In this document: in pieces, positions 1-7,317 of the stretch
How the letters are laid out: each line of letters starts with the position of its first letter
Position numbering within the stretch: the first letter of the stretch is position 1
Source: a virus
Lineage: Duplodnaviria; Caudoviricetes
Direction: 5' to 3' (one strand)
Length of the DNA: 37,991 nucleotides
Virus record (IMG/VR): IMGVR_UViG_3300047400_000297
Location: 1-37,991 of that record
Notes under the pieces: generated by a model
Database searches by the model: none
Told to the model about the DNA's origin: nothing
What the model saw: only the letters and a program-made list of their open reading frames with translations
Translations under genes and position numbers: made by a program

Positions 1-1
1 C

Positions 2-79
2 AGGGACGTAGCTCAGCCTGGCCAGAGCGCCTGCTTTGGGAGCAGGAAGTCGCCAGTTCGAATCTGGTCGTCCCTACCA
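2..79 (+). tRNA. tRNA-Pro(TGG)
   Basis: Acceptor AGGGACG/CGTCCCT, D arm GCTC..GAGC, anticodon arm CCTGC-TTTGGGA-GCAGG, T loop TTCGAAT, encoded ACCA end. Confidence 0.95.
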
Positions 80-171
80 CCTTCCCGGACACCCTCTAAA
101 ACGCTCGAGGATGCCCCAGAATCGCCTCATCACACATTCCTAGTCTTCCCCTACCACCAGGAGGTCCAGCC

Positions 172-1572
172 ATGCCTACCGAGCGGACCCGGCTCTGCTC
201 CTACTGCCGGCGCTACCGTCCCTCTGACCAGTGCACCTGCATCACCGAAGAGACCGGCTCGCGGCAGCCGGACGGCACTCCCATCACCCGCAACACCTTC
301 TTCTGCCAGCAGTGCGTGCCCTACAACATCTGCAACTGTTTCTCCTGTGGTTCGACCGAACGCCAGTCCAATGCCCTTTGGGTCGGCAGTCTCAGCCACG
401 AGTTCGAAGCAGCCATCACGGCTGCCGGACGACCATATCACCGCATGCCCGGCCGCATTCGATCCGAGCACCTTTGCAACACCTGCTCGGCTGGCTGGGG
501 CGAGTTCCGCTGCCATGGTTGCAACCACCTTTACTACAGCCATCTCGGCCACGAGCCCGCCATGATGCACGAGAATGGCCCTGTCTGCAGCAACTGCGCT
601 CCTCGTTTCAGGCCCTGCTGTGTCTGCAACAAGGCCATCGTGGCCGAGGACCAGCGCCGCGTTCCCTACAACAGCCATTGCCCTGAGCAGGGACATGTGT
701 GTGGCCGTTGCCGGACGTCGCACCTCGAGCCCACCACTTTCAAGATGAACAAGCACGCCATGACCTGCGGCTTCGAGTTCGAGTTCATCATGCCCCTGAA
801 GCACAAGAACGAACTTGACCTGAAGAAGCTCGGTATCATCAAGTATGATGGCAGCATCGCCGCCCTCGATCAGTACGTTGATGGCGGCTGGGGTGGCTGG
901 GAATTCAACAGCCGTCCCGCTGTCGGCGATACTCTGGTCAATGCCATCTACGATTCCATCAAGGCCATCGGACGTGCCGGTGGCTTCGTCAACAAGACCT
1001 GCGGCATCCACTTCCATTTCGGCATGCAGCATTTCAGCAGCCAGCAGCGCGATAACATGGTCGAGTGGTGGCGAGTCTTCGAGCCTGTGCTCTTCGACCT
1101 CGTGACCAGCAGCCGCCGCAACAACCGCTACTGCGGCCGTGGTGCCAACGGCGATCGCTACCGTGCCCTCAACTGGCACAACGCCTACAACGAGCACGGC
1201 ACCTTCGAAGTCCGCATGCACCATGCCACCATGGACCCGGACGTCGTCTGGGAATTCTGTGATATGTTGCTCAGCATGTTCACCACCCTCCCGCTCATCG
1301 ACGCTCCGACCCGTTCCGAATACGCCGATTTCACCAAGCGTGAGCTGGCCATGCTCCTGTTCCAGCAGTGCGCCATGACCCTCTCGATGCGCAAGCGTAT
1401 CGTCCGCCGTATCCGCACCATCAACAGCTACCAGTACCGCACCCACCACTGGAGGCGCCCATCCAAGTTGCCCCCGCCCACCCCCACCATGACGGAACCA
1501 CGACCCATGCCATTTGAATCCTTCGAGTATGCTCACTGGCCTAGTATGGCCGCACGCCACGGGAGGGCCTGA
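172..1572 (+). CDS. Putative amidoligase (COOH-NH2 ligase, Amidoligase_2-like) with N-terminal multi-CxxC zinc-finger region
   Basis: Motifs GFEFE, DGSI, WEFNSRP, NKTCGIHFH, RYRALN, GTFEVRMH. Repeated CxxC in the first ~185 aa. GGAGG Shine-Dalgarno upstream. Confidence 0.85.
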   Translation: MPTERTRLCSYCRRYRPSDQCTCITEETGSRQPDGTPITRNTFFCQQCVPYNICNCFSCGSTERQSNALWVGSLSHEFEAAITAAGRPYHRMPGRIRSEHLCNTCSAGWGEFRCHGCNHLYYSHLGHEPAMMHENGPVCSNCAPRFRPCCVCNKAIVAEDQRRVPYNSHCPEQGHVCGRCRTSHLEPTTFKMNKHAMTCGFEFEFIMPLKHKNELDLKKLGIIKYDGSIAALDQYVDGGWGGWEFNSRPAVGDTLVNAIYDSIKAIGRAGGFVNKTCGIHFHFGMQHFSSQQRDNMVEWWRVFEPVLFDLVTSSRRNNRYCGRGANGDRYRALNWHNAYNEHGTFEVRMHHATMDPDVVWEFCDMLLSMFTTLPLIDAPTRSEYADFTKRELAMLLFQQCAMTLSMRKRIVRRIRTINSYQYRTHHWRRPSKLPPPTPTMTEPRPMPFESFEYAHWPSMAARHGRA

Positions 1573-1573
1573 T

Positions 1574-2482
1574 ATGTGCTCTATTGGCGGCTTTATCAGC
1601 CGAGACCCGATTGAGCCATGGAAAGCCAGACGCCTTTCGTCTGCCCTTCTCCACTTCGGGCTCTCCCGTGGCGACCAGTCCAGCGGTATCTTCTACAACA
1701 ACACCCTGCTCAAGCGTGCTGTGTCTGCCACCGACCTCATCAATGCGGACGACTTCTACGAGCTGTTCAGCACGCCCAACAACAGCAACATCTGCCTGAC
1801 CCATACCCGCTTCCCCACCAGTGGCGAGCGCGGTGACGATCAGGCCCACCCCTTCTGGGTGGGCAACACCATCTCCGTCCACAATGGCAGCATCCACAAC
1901 TGCAAGCATGTCCGCGACAAGTGGAAGTTGGACAAGCCATCCGGCGTGGACTCTGAACTCTTCACGCAGGCCATCGCCAAGTATGGCATCTACAAGCTGC
2001 CGCAGATTGCGGACGATCTCTCAGCCTCTGCTGCTATCGCCGTGCTCGACAACGACACCCTCTACCTCGCCCGAGACGGCAACCCGCTCGAGTACATGAC
2101 CATCTTGGATGGCGACAATCCCATCACCATCTTTGCCAGCACCGCCACTCAGGTCACGTCCACCATCAACCACCTCTGGCTCATCCCACGCCTTCCCACC
2201 ACCACCACCCTCCCACAGAACAAAATTTTTTCCATCACTCCGGACGGCGAACTCGACGAGGTCGGTCCCTTCTACACCATGCCTCCCCTGACCCCGACGA
2301 GCAAGGCATTCCAGACGGCCAAGCAGTTCTGGGATGATTGGGACATTCCCACCGATTCCAGCGCCTACAGTTGGCGCGCACCCTACCCTAGCAGCAGCAA
2401 GTCCAAGACAGGGGGTGGTTCAAAAGCCAAGAAAGACAGGAATCGCAACGGCACTTCTTCGCATCATAAGAAAGCTCGATGA
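1574..2482 (+). CDS. Class II (Ntn) glutamine amidotransferase
   Basis: Start reassigned to ATG 1574 giving M-C-S-I-G-G (N-terminal catalytic Cys). Motifs RGDQSSG, HTRFPTSG, AHPF, HNGSI, VDSE. Confidence 0.9.
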   Translation: MCSIGGFISRDPIEPWKARRLSSALLHFGLSRGDQSSGIFYNNTLLKRAVSATDLINADDFYELFSTPNNSNICLTHTRFPTSGERGDDQAHPFWVGNTISVHNGSIHNCKHVRDKWKLDKPSGVDSELFTQAIAKYGIYKLPQIADDLSASAAIAVLDNDTLYLARDGNPLEYMTILDGDNPITIFASTATQVTSTINHLWLIPRLPTTTTLPQNKIFSITPDGELDEVGPFYTMPPLTPTSKAFQTAKQFWDDWDIPTDSSAYSWRAPYPSSSKSKTGGGSKAKKDRNRNGTSSHHKKAR

Positions 2483-2582
2483 GAAGATCTATGCAGTAGG
2501 TATCGGCAGCTCAGTGCGTGAGCTGAACGAGCGAGCAAAGCTCATCCTCCAGTACATCAGGGCATTGCGCCCACCCCGCTAG
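2415..2582 (+). CDS. Possible small hypothetical protein (~55 aa)
   Basis: Open frame fills the gap after the GATase. The GTG start is a guess. Confidence 0.3.
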   Translation: MVQKPRKTGIATALLRIIRKLDEKIYAVGIGSSVRELNERAKLILQYIRALRPPR

Positions 2583-2613
2583 AGGGCATCTAGCCGACAG
2601 CAAAGGAGCACAC

Positions 2614-2907
2614 ATGTCTGCGACTCTCAACAACGATGGCAGCGTCACGATGGCGGACGGCCGCACCGTCACCATCTCGGACATCGAGGCCATCATGACG
2701 GCCCAGCCGGCCTTCCGCCCTCTCACCATCGAGACGGGCAGCGGCCGCATCTATGGCAACAGCGGCACGCCCCGCTACGGCATCTGGTTCAGCGAGCTGA
2801 CCGGCAGCTGGCACTACCTCGACATCAACGGTAATGTCATCCCCGGCACCAGCTGGAAGGCTCGCAATCTGAACCGTGCCAAGTTCACGTTCGGCTCGCG
2901 CGACTGA
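2614..2907 (+). CDS. Hypothetical protein (97 aa)
   Basis: Strong SD AAAGGAG, C-ending codon bias like the neighbouring genes. Confidence 0.8.
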   Translation: MSATLNNDGSVTMADGRTVTISDIEAIMTAQPAFRPLTIETGSGRIYGNSGTPRYGIWFSELTGSWHYLDINGNVIPGTSWKARNLNRAKFTFGSRD

Positions 2908-2925
2908 CACTCGCCAACGAACGTC

Positions 2926-3010
2926 TGCCACTCAGCATGGACTAGACATGCACGCACAAGTCGCGTGGACCCATAAAGTCTAGGTGGTTGGAATCCACCA
3001 GTGGCAACCG
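2926..3010 (+). ncRNA. Non-canonical tRNA-like RNA (element A)
   Basis: Acceptor TGCCACT/AGTGGCA followed by ACCG, D-like arm GCATG-GACTAGA-CATGC, two middle hairpins, T arm GGTGG-TTGGAAT-CCACC. Confidence 0.65.
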
Positions 3011-3075
3011 GGCCGCACCTCGCCTCCCCCTGACAGGTTAAATGGTGCCGGCTGGCCCCCGAGATAGGGCCACCA
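3011..3075 (+). ncRNA. Two-hairpin structured element ending in ACCA (element B)
   Basis: GGCCGCACC...GGTGCCGGCT stem, then GGCCC-CCGAGATA-GGGCC, then ACCA. Confidence 0.35.
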
Positions 3076-3079
3076 CTTT

Positions 3080-3152
3080 TCCCCCCTTCCATTGGGCAAT
3101 GGACGGCCTACCTTCCAAGGCTGGGCAGCCACAGGCGCCGGGGGGATCCCCA
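3080..3152 (+). ncRNA. Cloverleaf-shaped RNA lacking tRNA consensus loops (element C)
   Basis: TCCCCCC/GGGGGGA closing stem with arms TCCATT-GGGC-AATGGA, CGGCCT-ACCTTCCA-AGGCTG and GGC(A)GCC-ACA-GGCGCC. 3' tail TCCCCA. Confidence 0.5.
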
Positions 3153-3153
3153 T

Positions 3154-3229
3154 CGGGGCGTAGACCAACGGCAGAGTCATGAGACTTAAAATCTCCACAG
3201 TGTGGGTTCGAATCCCACCGCCCCGACCA
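3154..3229 (+). tRNA. tRNA-Leu(TAA), short variable region
   Basis: Acceptor CGGGGCG/CGCCCCG, anticodon arm GAGA-CTTAAAA-TCTC, T arm GTGGG-TTCGAAT-CCCAC, ACCA end. Confidence 0.9.
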
Positions 3230-3240
3230 GCATCTAACCC

Positions 3241-3410
3241 CTACTTACTATGGCGCGCACTAGGGGCTGCTAGCGTGCGACCCCGCAGCCCTCGGCGACG
3301 GCGCCCCATGGGCGGCCGGCGGCGAAGCGGCGGAGGGGGGCGCGCAGCGCCCCTCCCCCCTTACTTATCTTACTTACTCCCTATAGGCAAACAGCCTAAG
3401 TAAGTAATCA
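3241..3410. other. Candidate replication origin or regulatory region: GC-rich hairpins flanked by TACTTA(C) repeats
   Basis: TACTTA(C) at 3242, 3362 and 3371. Inverted pair TTACTTACT 3370-3378 / AGTAAGTAA 3399-3407. Hairpin GGAGGGG..CCCCTCC 3332-3356. Lies directly upstream of the helicase. Confidence 0.45.
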
Positions 3411-3427
3411 AAGATTAAGGAGTTGTC

Positions 3428-4465
3428 ATGCACGATGACCATGCCGAGCAACGCGATTGGGCAGAGATCATCACCCACCAAGAACACGTTCTCAACGAGG
3501 CCAAGAAACTTCTCGGCATCACCTACTGGACGGAGCCCATGTCCGCCACCACTCCCGAGTGGCTAGTCCCCGGACTCCTTCAACAAGAAGCCCTCCACGT
3601 TCTCTCATCGGACAGCGGCACCTGCAAATCCTGGCTCGGCCTGAGCTTGATGCTGTCTGGCATCTATGGCATTCCTGTCCTCGGCCAGGCCCCGACCAAA
3701 CGCTTCTCCTCCATCTACCTTGCTGCCGACTCGCCGAGCTGGGACATCGGCCAGCAGATGCGCAAACTCTTGCTTGCCCACAATCTGCGCCCCAACAACG
3801 ACGTCCCCAACTTCATCATGCCCCTCGGCTTCCTGTTTGAGCGCCCTGATCACCTGCAATCCCTTGGCAATCTCGTCAAAGCCTTCGACATCGACGTCTT
3901 TTTCATCGATGTCATGCTATACACTCACACCGGGGACGAGAACGACAACGCCTTCATGGCCCGCACCGTCCTGCGCGCTGCCAAATTCTTGCGCGACGAG
4001 CTTGGCCTTGCTGTCTTTTTCCTGCATCACAATGCCAAGCCTAAGCCGGACATGCCAGCCTCTTTCCGTGGCGCAGGCACCATCGTCCAAGCTGCCGAGC
4101 ACCACCTCGCCCTTTCACGACGCCGCTCTGACATCATTCTTCAAGCCAAGAAAATTCGTGGTGAAGCTATTCTTCCTGAATACCTGCCATTCACTCTCGC
4201 TTCAACCGAGAATGGCGGACGGTTCCTAGCTACCACCACGCCCGAACCACCAACCGTAGTGCCAACACCAACACACCCCATCCTAGAATTCATGAAGGCT
4301 AAAGGCAAGCCAGTCAGTCGCCAAGAAATTCTGCTTGCCAATCTGTCTCCGCCTGACACAGCTGACAAATCCAGGTGGGCAGACAACCAGCTCTACCAAC
4401 TGTCCAAAAAAGGACAAGTGCAAAATACACAGGAGGGATGGACCATTGCAAATCTCAGTGAGTGA
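3428..4465 (+). CDS. RecA-family (AAA_25 / RepA-like) helicase, probable C-terminal winged helix
   Basis: WLVPGLL, Walker A-like SDSGTCKS, Walker B VFFID, FLHHNAK, FRGAG. SD AAGGAG. Confidence 0.8.
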   Translation: MHDDHAEQRDWAEIITHQEHVLNEAKKLLGITYWTEPMSATTPEWLVPGLLQQEALHVLSSDSGTCKSWLGLSLMLSGIYGIPVLGQAPTKRFSSIYLAADSPSWDIGQQMRKLLLAHNLRPNNDVPNFIMPLGFLFERPDHLQSLGNLVKAFDIDVFFIDVMLYTHTGDENDNAFMARTVLRAAKFLRDELGLAVFFLHHNAKPKPDMPASFRGAGTIVQAAEHHLALSRRRSDIILQAKKIRGEAILPEYLPFTLASTENGGRFLATTTPEPPTVVPTPTHPILEFMKAKGKPVSRQEILLANLSPPDTADKSRWADNQLYQLSKKGQVQNTQEGWTIANLSE

Positions 4466-5270
4466 CATCCTACCCTACATGGACTGCCGCTACAAAGGTG
4501 CCACCCGCCTTGCACTCAAGCGCTGGACGCCACCCACTAGCCGCATGCAGCTTGGCACCGTCCTGCACAAGCATTGCGACGACCTTCTCAAGACTGGCAA
4601 GATCAACCACGATTATTCCTGGATCGACCCCATCATTCTGCCGGAAGCCGAGCCACTCCTAGCCGAAGCCGACCTCAACCTCTGCCCTCCCCCATTTCAT
4701 GTGTTAGCATCTGAGATTCCATTCAAGCTTGAGATTGGTAACGACCTCTACCTTGTCGGACGTCTTGATGCAGTCGCCAAGTTCAACGAAAAAATTTATT
4801 CCGTTCAGTGGAAGACCGTCGGCAAGGGTGTTGCCATCGGTCCCTACCTTGAGAAAGTGAGGATGTCTCCGCATGAAATCACGTACCGCACGATGCTCCG
4901 GCAAGACCCGCGCTTCAAAGAGTGCGCGGGCACGCTCCTCGGAGTCTTCCGCACGTACCTCACGAAGCAGCAAAAAGAAGACAACGTCCCGCGCTTCGAG
5001 TTCTTCGAGCTCGAAGCCACGGAAGAAGAAGACGCCGAAGCGTTCGAGTTCGACATCGCCACGGCAGGACGAGAGCTCGTTCGCGCAGTCAGCAATGGCC
5101 CTCGAATTCGTAACTGGACAGCCTGCCAATCTGTCTTCGGAACTTGTCCCCTCTACCAACACTGTCACTTTGGAGGAGCTCCAGAGGATACCCTTACTGT
5201 CCATCTTGAAGACCGTTACCAAGATGTCGACTCTCTCCCACCTCTCCGAACTGACAGCAGCCCGCAATAA
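4446..5270 (+). CDS. Cas4/AddB-like PD-(D/E)XK superfamily exonuclease
   Basis: TTG start 9 nt after GGAGG. Motifs ISVS..C, GTVLH, SEIPF, GRLD, QWKT, and C-terminal CxxxxxxCPxxxxC (four-Cys Fe-S arrangement). Confidence 0.8.
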   Translation: MQISVSDILPYMDCRYKGATRLALKRWTPPTSRMQLGTVLHKHCDDLLKTGKINHDYSWIDPIILPEAEPLLAEADLNLCPPPFHVLASEIPFKLEIGNDLYLVGRLDAVAKFNEKIYSVQWKTVGKGVAIGPYLEKVRMSPHEITYRTMLRQDPRFKECAGTLLGVFRTYLTKQQKEDNVPRFEFFELEATEEEDAEAFEFDIATAGRELVRAVSNGPRIRNWTACQSVFGTCPLYQHCHFGGAPEDTLTVHLEDRYQDVDSLPPLRTDSSPQ

Positions 5271-5442
5271 GATTGCCGCTATCTGCCATCCTACTAACCT
5301 CAAGCACATCGACCATGACCTGATGACCATGCTCTACGATGCCTGGATTTTCCTCAACCAACTCATCGTTGAAGTTAAGGAATACGGGCACACCAAGAGC
5401 ACCCGCCGCATCACCTATCGCAAGCAGGATGACAATGGTTGA
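5224..5442 (+). CDS. Hypothetical protein (72 aa)
   Basis: 3' part of ORF 4873..5442. Fills the gap between nuclease and primase and overlaps both. Confidence 0.6.
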   Translation: MSTLSHLSELTAARNKIAAICHPTNLKHIDHDLMTMLYDAWIFLNQLIVEVKEYGHTKSTRRITYRKQDDNG

Positions 5443-6385
5443 TACCGACTCAGTCTCCCGCACCTTTGAACTACTCAGCATTGGCCATCCTATCAACTGG
5501 ACTGCCAAGAATCCTCGAGGTCGTGCCGCCGTAGGTGGGCAGAGCCCCGACTCTACCTCTCTTATTCGCCACGCCAACCAGCAGGACGGCTGGGATTTCT
5601 ACGTTTCTTTGAATCCCGCCGCCCGTTCGTGCATCAAACCAAGCAAGGAAGATATCACGCACCTTTCTTGTGTCGGCATTGACCTCGATCCACACAAAGA
5701 CACAGGCAGCCTTGCCTATGTCGACGCTGCTCGCCAACTTGACAATCTTATGGCACAGTTCACTGGCAGCCCAAACAGCCACGTCATCCTCTCTTCCGGA
5801 CGTGGCCTGTGGGCCTGGGTTTTTATCGAACCCAAGCCCCTCACCACCACAACCGAACGCGAAGAGGCAGACCTTCTTATCAAAGGGTTCACCTCCGCTT
5901 TCATTGCAGCAGCCCCCTCCCTTTCCAAGTTCGGCATTATCGATTCCGCCTGTGCCGAGCTGTCCCGCATCGCACGTTGTCCGGGGACGACCAATCACAA
6001 AACGAACCTCGAGGCATTTATCTGTGTAGACTTCTTCCCTGTTGAGCGCATTTCATACACTCGCTTCGAAGAACTTTCTGCGCCATTGGCCCCGAGTCGT
6101 GGTCTTCCCCAGCCCCCTTCCCCCATCACTGGACGCAGCATCCACGAGATTGTCCCCCACTGCAACACCACATCTCGCCAGTTCATCCTGCTTGGTGTAG
6201 ACAGCACCATTGAGAGCCGGCACCGCCGCCTGTTTTCTGCCGCAAAAAACTTGCTCGAACTTGGCATCGAGCCTGACATTGCAGAATACATGCTGTGGTC
6301 TGGCGCAGAGCGCTGCGTCCCCAACCTTAACATTGCCGATCCCGGCGTCGTTCGTCGCATGGTGCGGCAAGTCTGGAAGCAATGA
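5435..6385 (+). CDS. AEP-superfamily / RepB-like DNA primase with helical C-terminal domain
   Basis: FYVSLNP, GIDLD (motif I), SSGRGLWAW (motif II position), RIARCPGTTNHK (motif III), PriCT-like RHRRLFSAA. Confidence 0.8.
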   Translation: MVDTDSVSRTFELLSIGHPINWTAKNPRGRAAVGGQSPDSTSLIRHANQQDGWDFYVSLNPAARSCIKPSKEDITHLSCVGIDLDPHKDTGSLAYVDAARQLDNLMAQFTGSPNSHVILSSGRGLWAWVFIEPKPLTTTTEREEADLLIKGFTSAFIAAAPSLSKFGIIDSACAELSRIARCPGTTNHKTNLEAFICVDFFPVERISYTRFEELSAPLAPSRGLPQPPSPITGRSIHEIVPHCNTTSRQFILLGVDSTIESRHRRLFSAAKNLLELGIEPDIAEYMLWSGAERCVPNLNIADPGVVRRMVRQVWKQ

Positions 6386-6474
6386 CCAACAAAGAAAAGT
6401 TGCACCTCGCCATCGAACTTTGCATCATACTGTTGTTCCTCATTCTTCTTGTCTTCAAGAGTACTGGAGGTTAA
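6382..6474 (+). CDS. Small single-pass membrane protein (30 aa, MTNKEKLHLAIELCIILLFLILLVFKSTGG)
   Basis: ATGA overlap with the primase stop. Ends flush with the next start. Hydrophobic stretch. Below the ORF-track cutoff. Confidence 0.55.
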   Translation: MTNKEKLHLAIELCIILLFLILLVFKSTGG

Positions 6475-7317
6475 GTGTCCCTTCCCACAAGTGGCTGGAC
6501 CCGCCTCGGCTCGGGCGCAGCAGCTAAGGGTGCCGCCCTCATTTGCATGGTCGGTGCTGGTGAATCCGGCAAGACCCGCCTTGCATGCGCTGCTAACCGA
6601 GCTGCCCCAGATTGGTTTGGTGAGAAGTCCGTTTATATCGCTATCGATCCCGAAGCCGCCTCGCTTGGCTCGGTGCTGCCGGCAGACCGCAATAACATGG
6701 AAGTTATTGCGCTGGACTCCAACAAGGATGTTGCTTCTCAAGTGTCCAGCATCTACAGTTATCCGTGGCGCAAGGAAGGATTCACCACTGTCATCACTGA
6801 CACGATGACTGTGTTGAGTCAGGTGATCCTTGCACAGGTCACGAACAGCGGTAAGTTTTCTGACCGGCACATCGAGCTGGGCGATGGCATCAAGCAGCCC
6901 ATGCAGGGTGACTTCCTTGCAACGAACACGCTCATCATGTCGTTGCTTCGCAAGCAGCTTGCTAGTGGCTTGAATCATATCACCCTGTTTCACGAACAGG
7001 AAGTACGGCCTGAACCTGGCCAGCCTGGCGAGCCTATTGGTGGCCCCGCCACCGTTGGAAAGGCTAGCATCCGTAGCATCGTGAACTGGTATAACACTGT
7101 ACTGCACATCGTGCGTCGTCCTAAGAAGCGCACCCAACCACTTGCTCCCCTTGAGTACGAGCGCGTTGTGCATACAGCTGGGCATGGCATTTGGCAGGCA
7201 AAGCTGCGCACCGCTGACCTTACCAATCCAGTACCAGAAATTGCCATGGATGCAGACCCCGCCAATGTATGGACCAAACTCTACAATCTCAACAATCAGG
7301 AGATGAACAATGTCTGA
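6475..7317 (+). CDS. AAA_24 / Sak4-like ATPase (putative ssDNA-annealing recombinase)
   Basis: GAGESGKT Walker A, IDPE, VITDTMT Walker B, LFHE. Context with exonuclease and SSB-like gene. SD GGAGG. Confidence 0.8.
   Translation: MSLPTSGWTRLGSGAAAKGAALICMVGAGESGKTRLACAANRAAPDWFGEKSVYIAIDPEAASLGSVLPADRNNMEVIALDSNKDVASQVSSIYSYPWRKEGFTTVITDTMTVLSQVILAQVTNSGKFSDRHIELGDGIKQPMQGDFLATNTLIMSLLRKQLASGLNHITLFHEQEVRPEPGQPGEPIGGPATVGKASIRSIVNWYNTVLHIVRRPKKRTQPLAPLEYERVVHTAGHGIWQAKLRTADLTNPVPEIAMDADPANVWTKLYNLNNQEMNNV

Noticed and set aside
1-79. tRNA-Pro at the window edge as a prophage attachment site
   Set aside because: No integrase and no second copy of the tRNA 3' end were seen in the window. It cannot be excluded without flanking sequence.
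151-1560. 469-aa antisense ORF opposite the amidoligase
   Set aside because: Mirrors the sense codons. Strong C-ending codon bias removes antisense stops, and it has no motifs.
2926-3152. Elements A-C as Y RNA, tmRNA or tRNA-Sec
   Set aside because: No Ro-binding stem or permuted arm order, no tag ORF or tmRNA length, and no TCA anticodon or extended acceptor. An Rfam search is still needed.
3179-3403. 74-aa Arg/Gly/Pro-rich ORF
   Set aside because: It starts inside tRNA-Leu and runs through the hairpin region. Composition reflects GC-rich non-coding DNA.
4446-5270. Cas4-like gene as evidence of a CRISPR system
   Set aside because: No repeat-spacer array or other cas genes were seen. Stand-alone Cas4-like nucleases are common in phage recombination modules.
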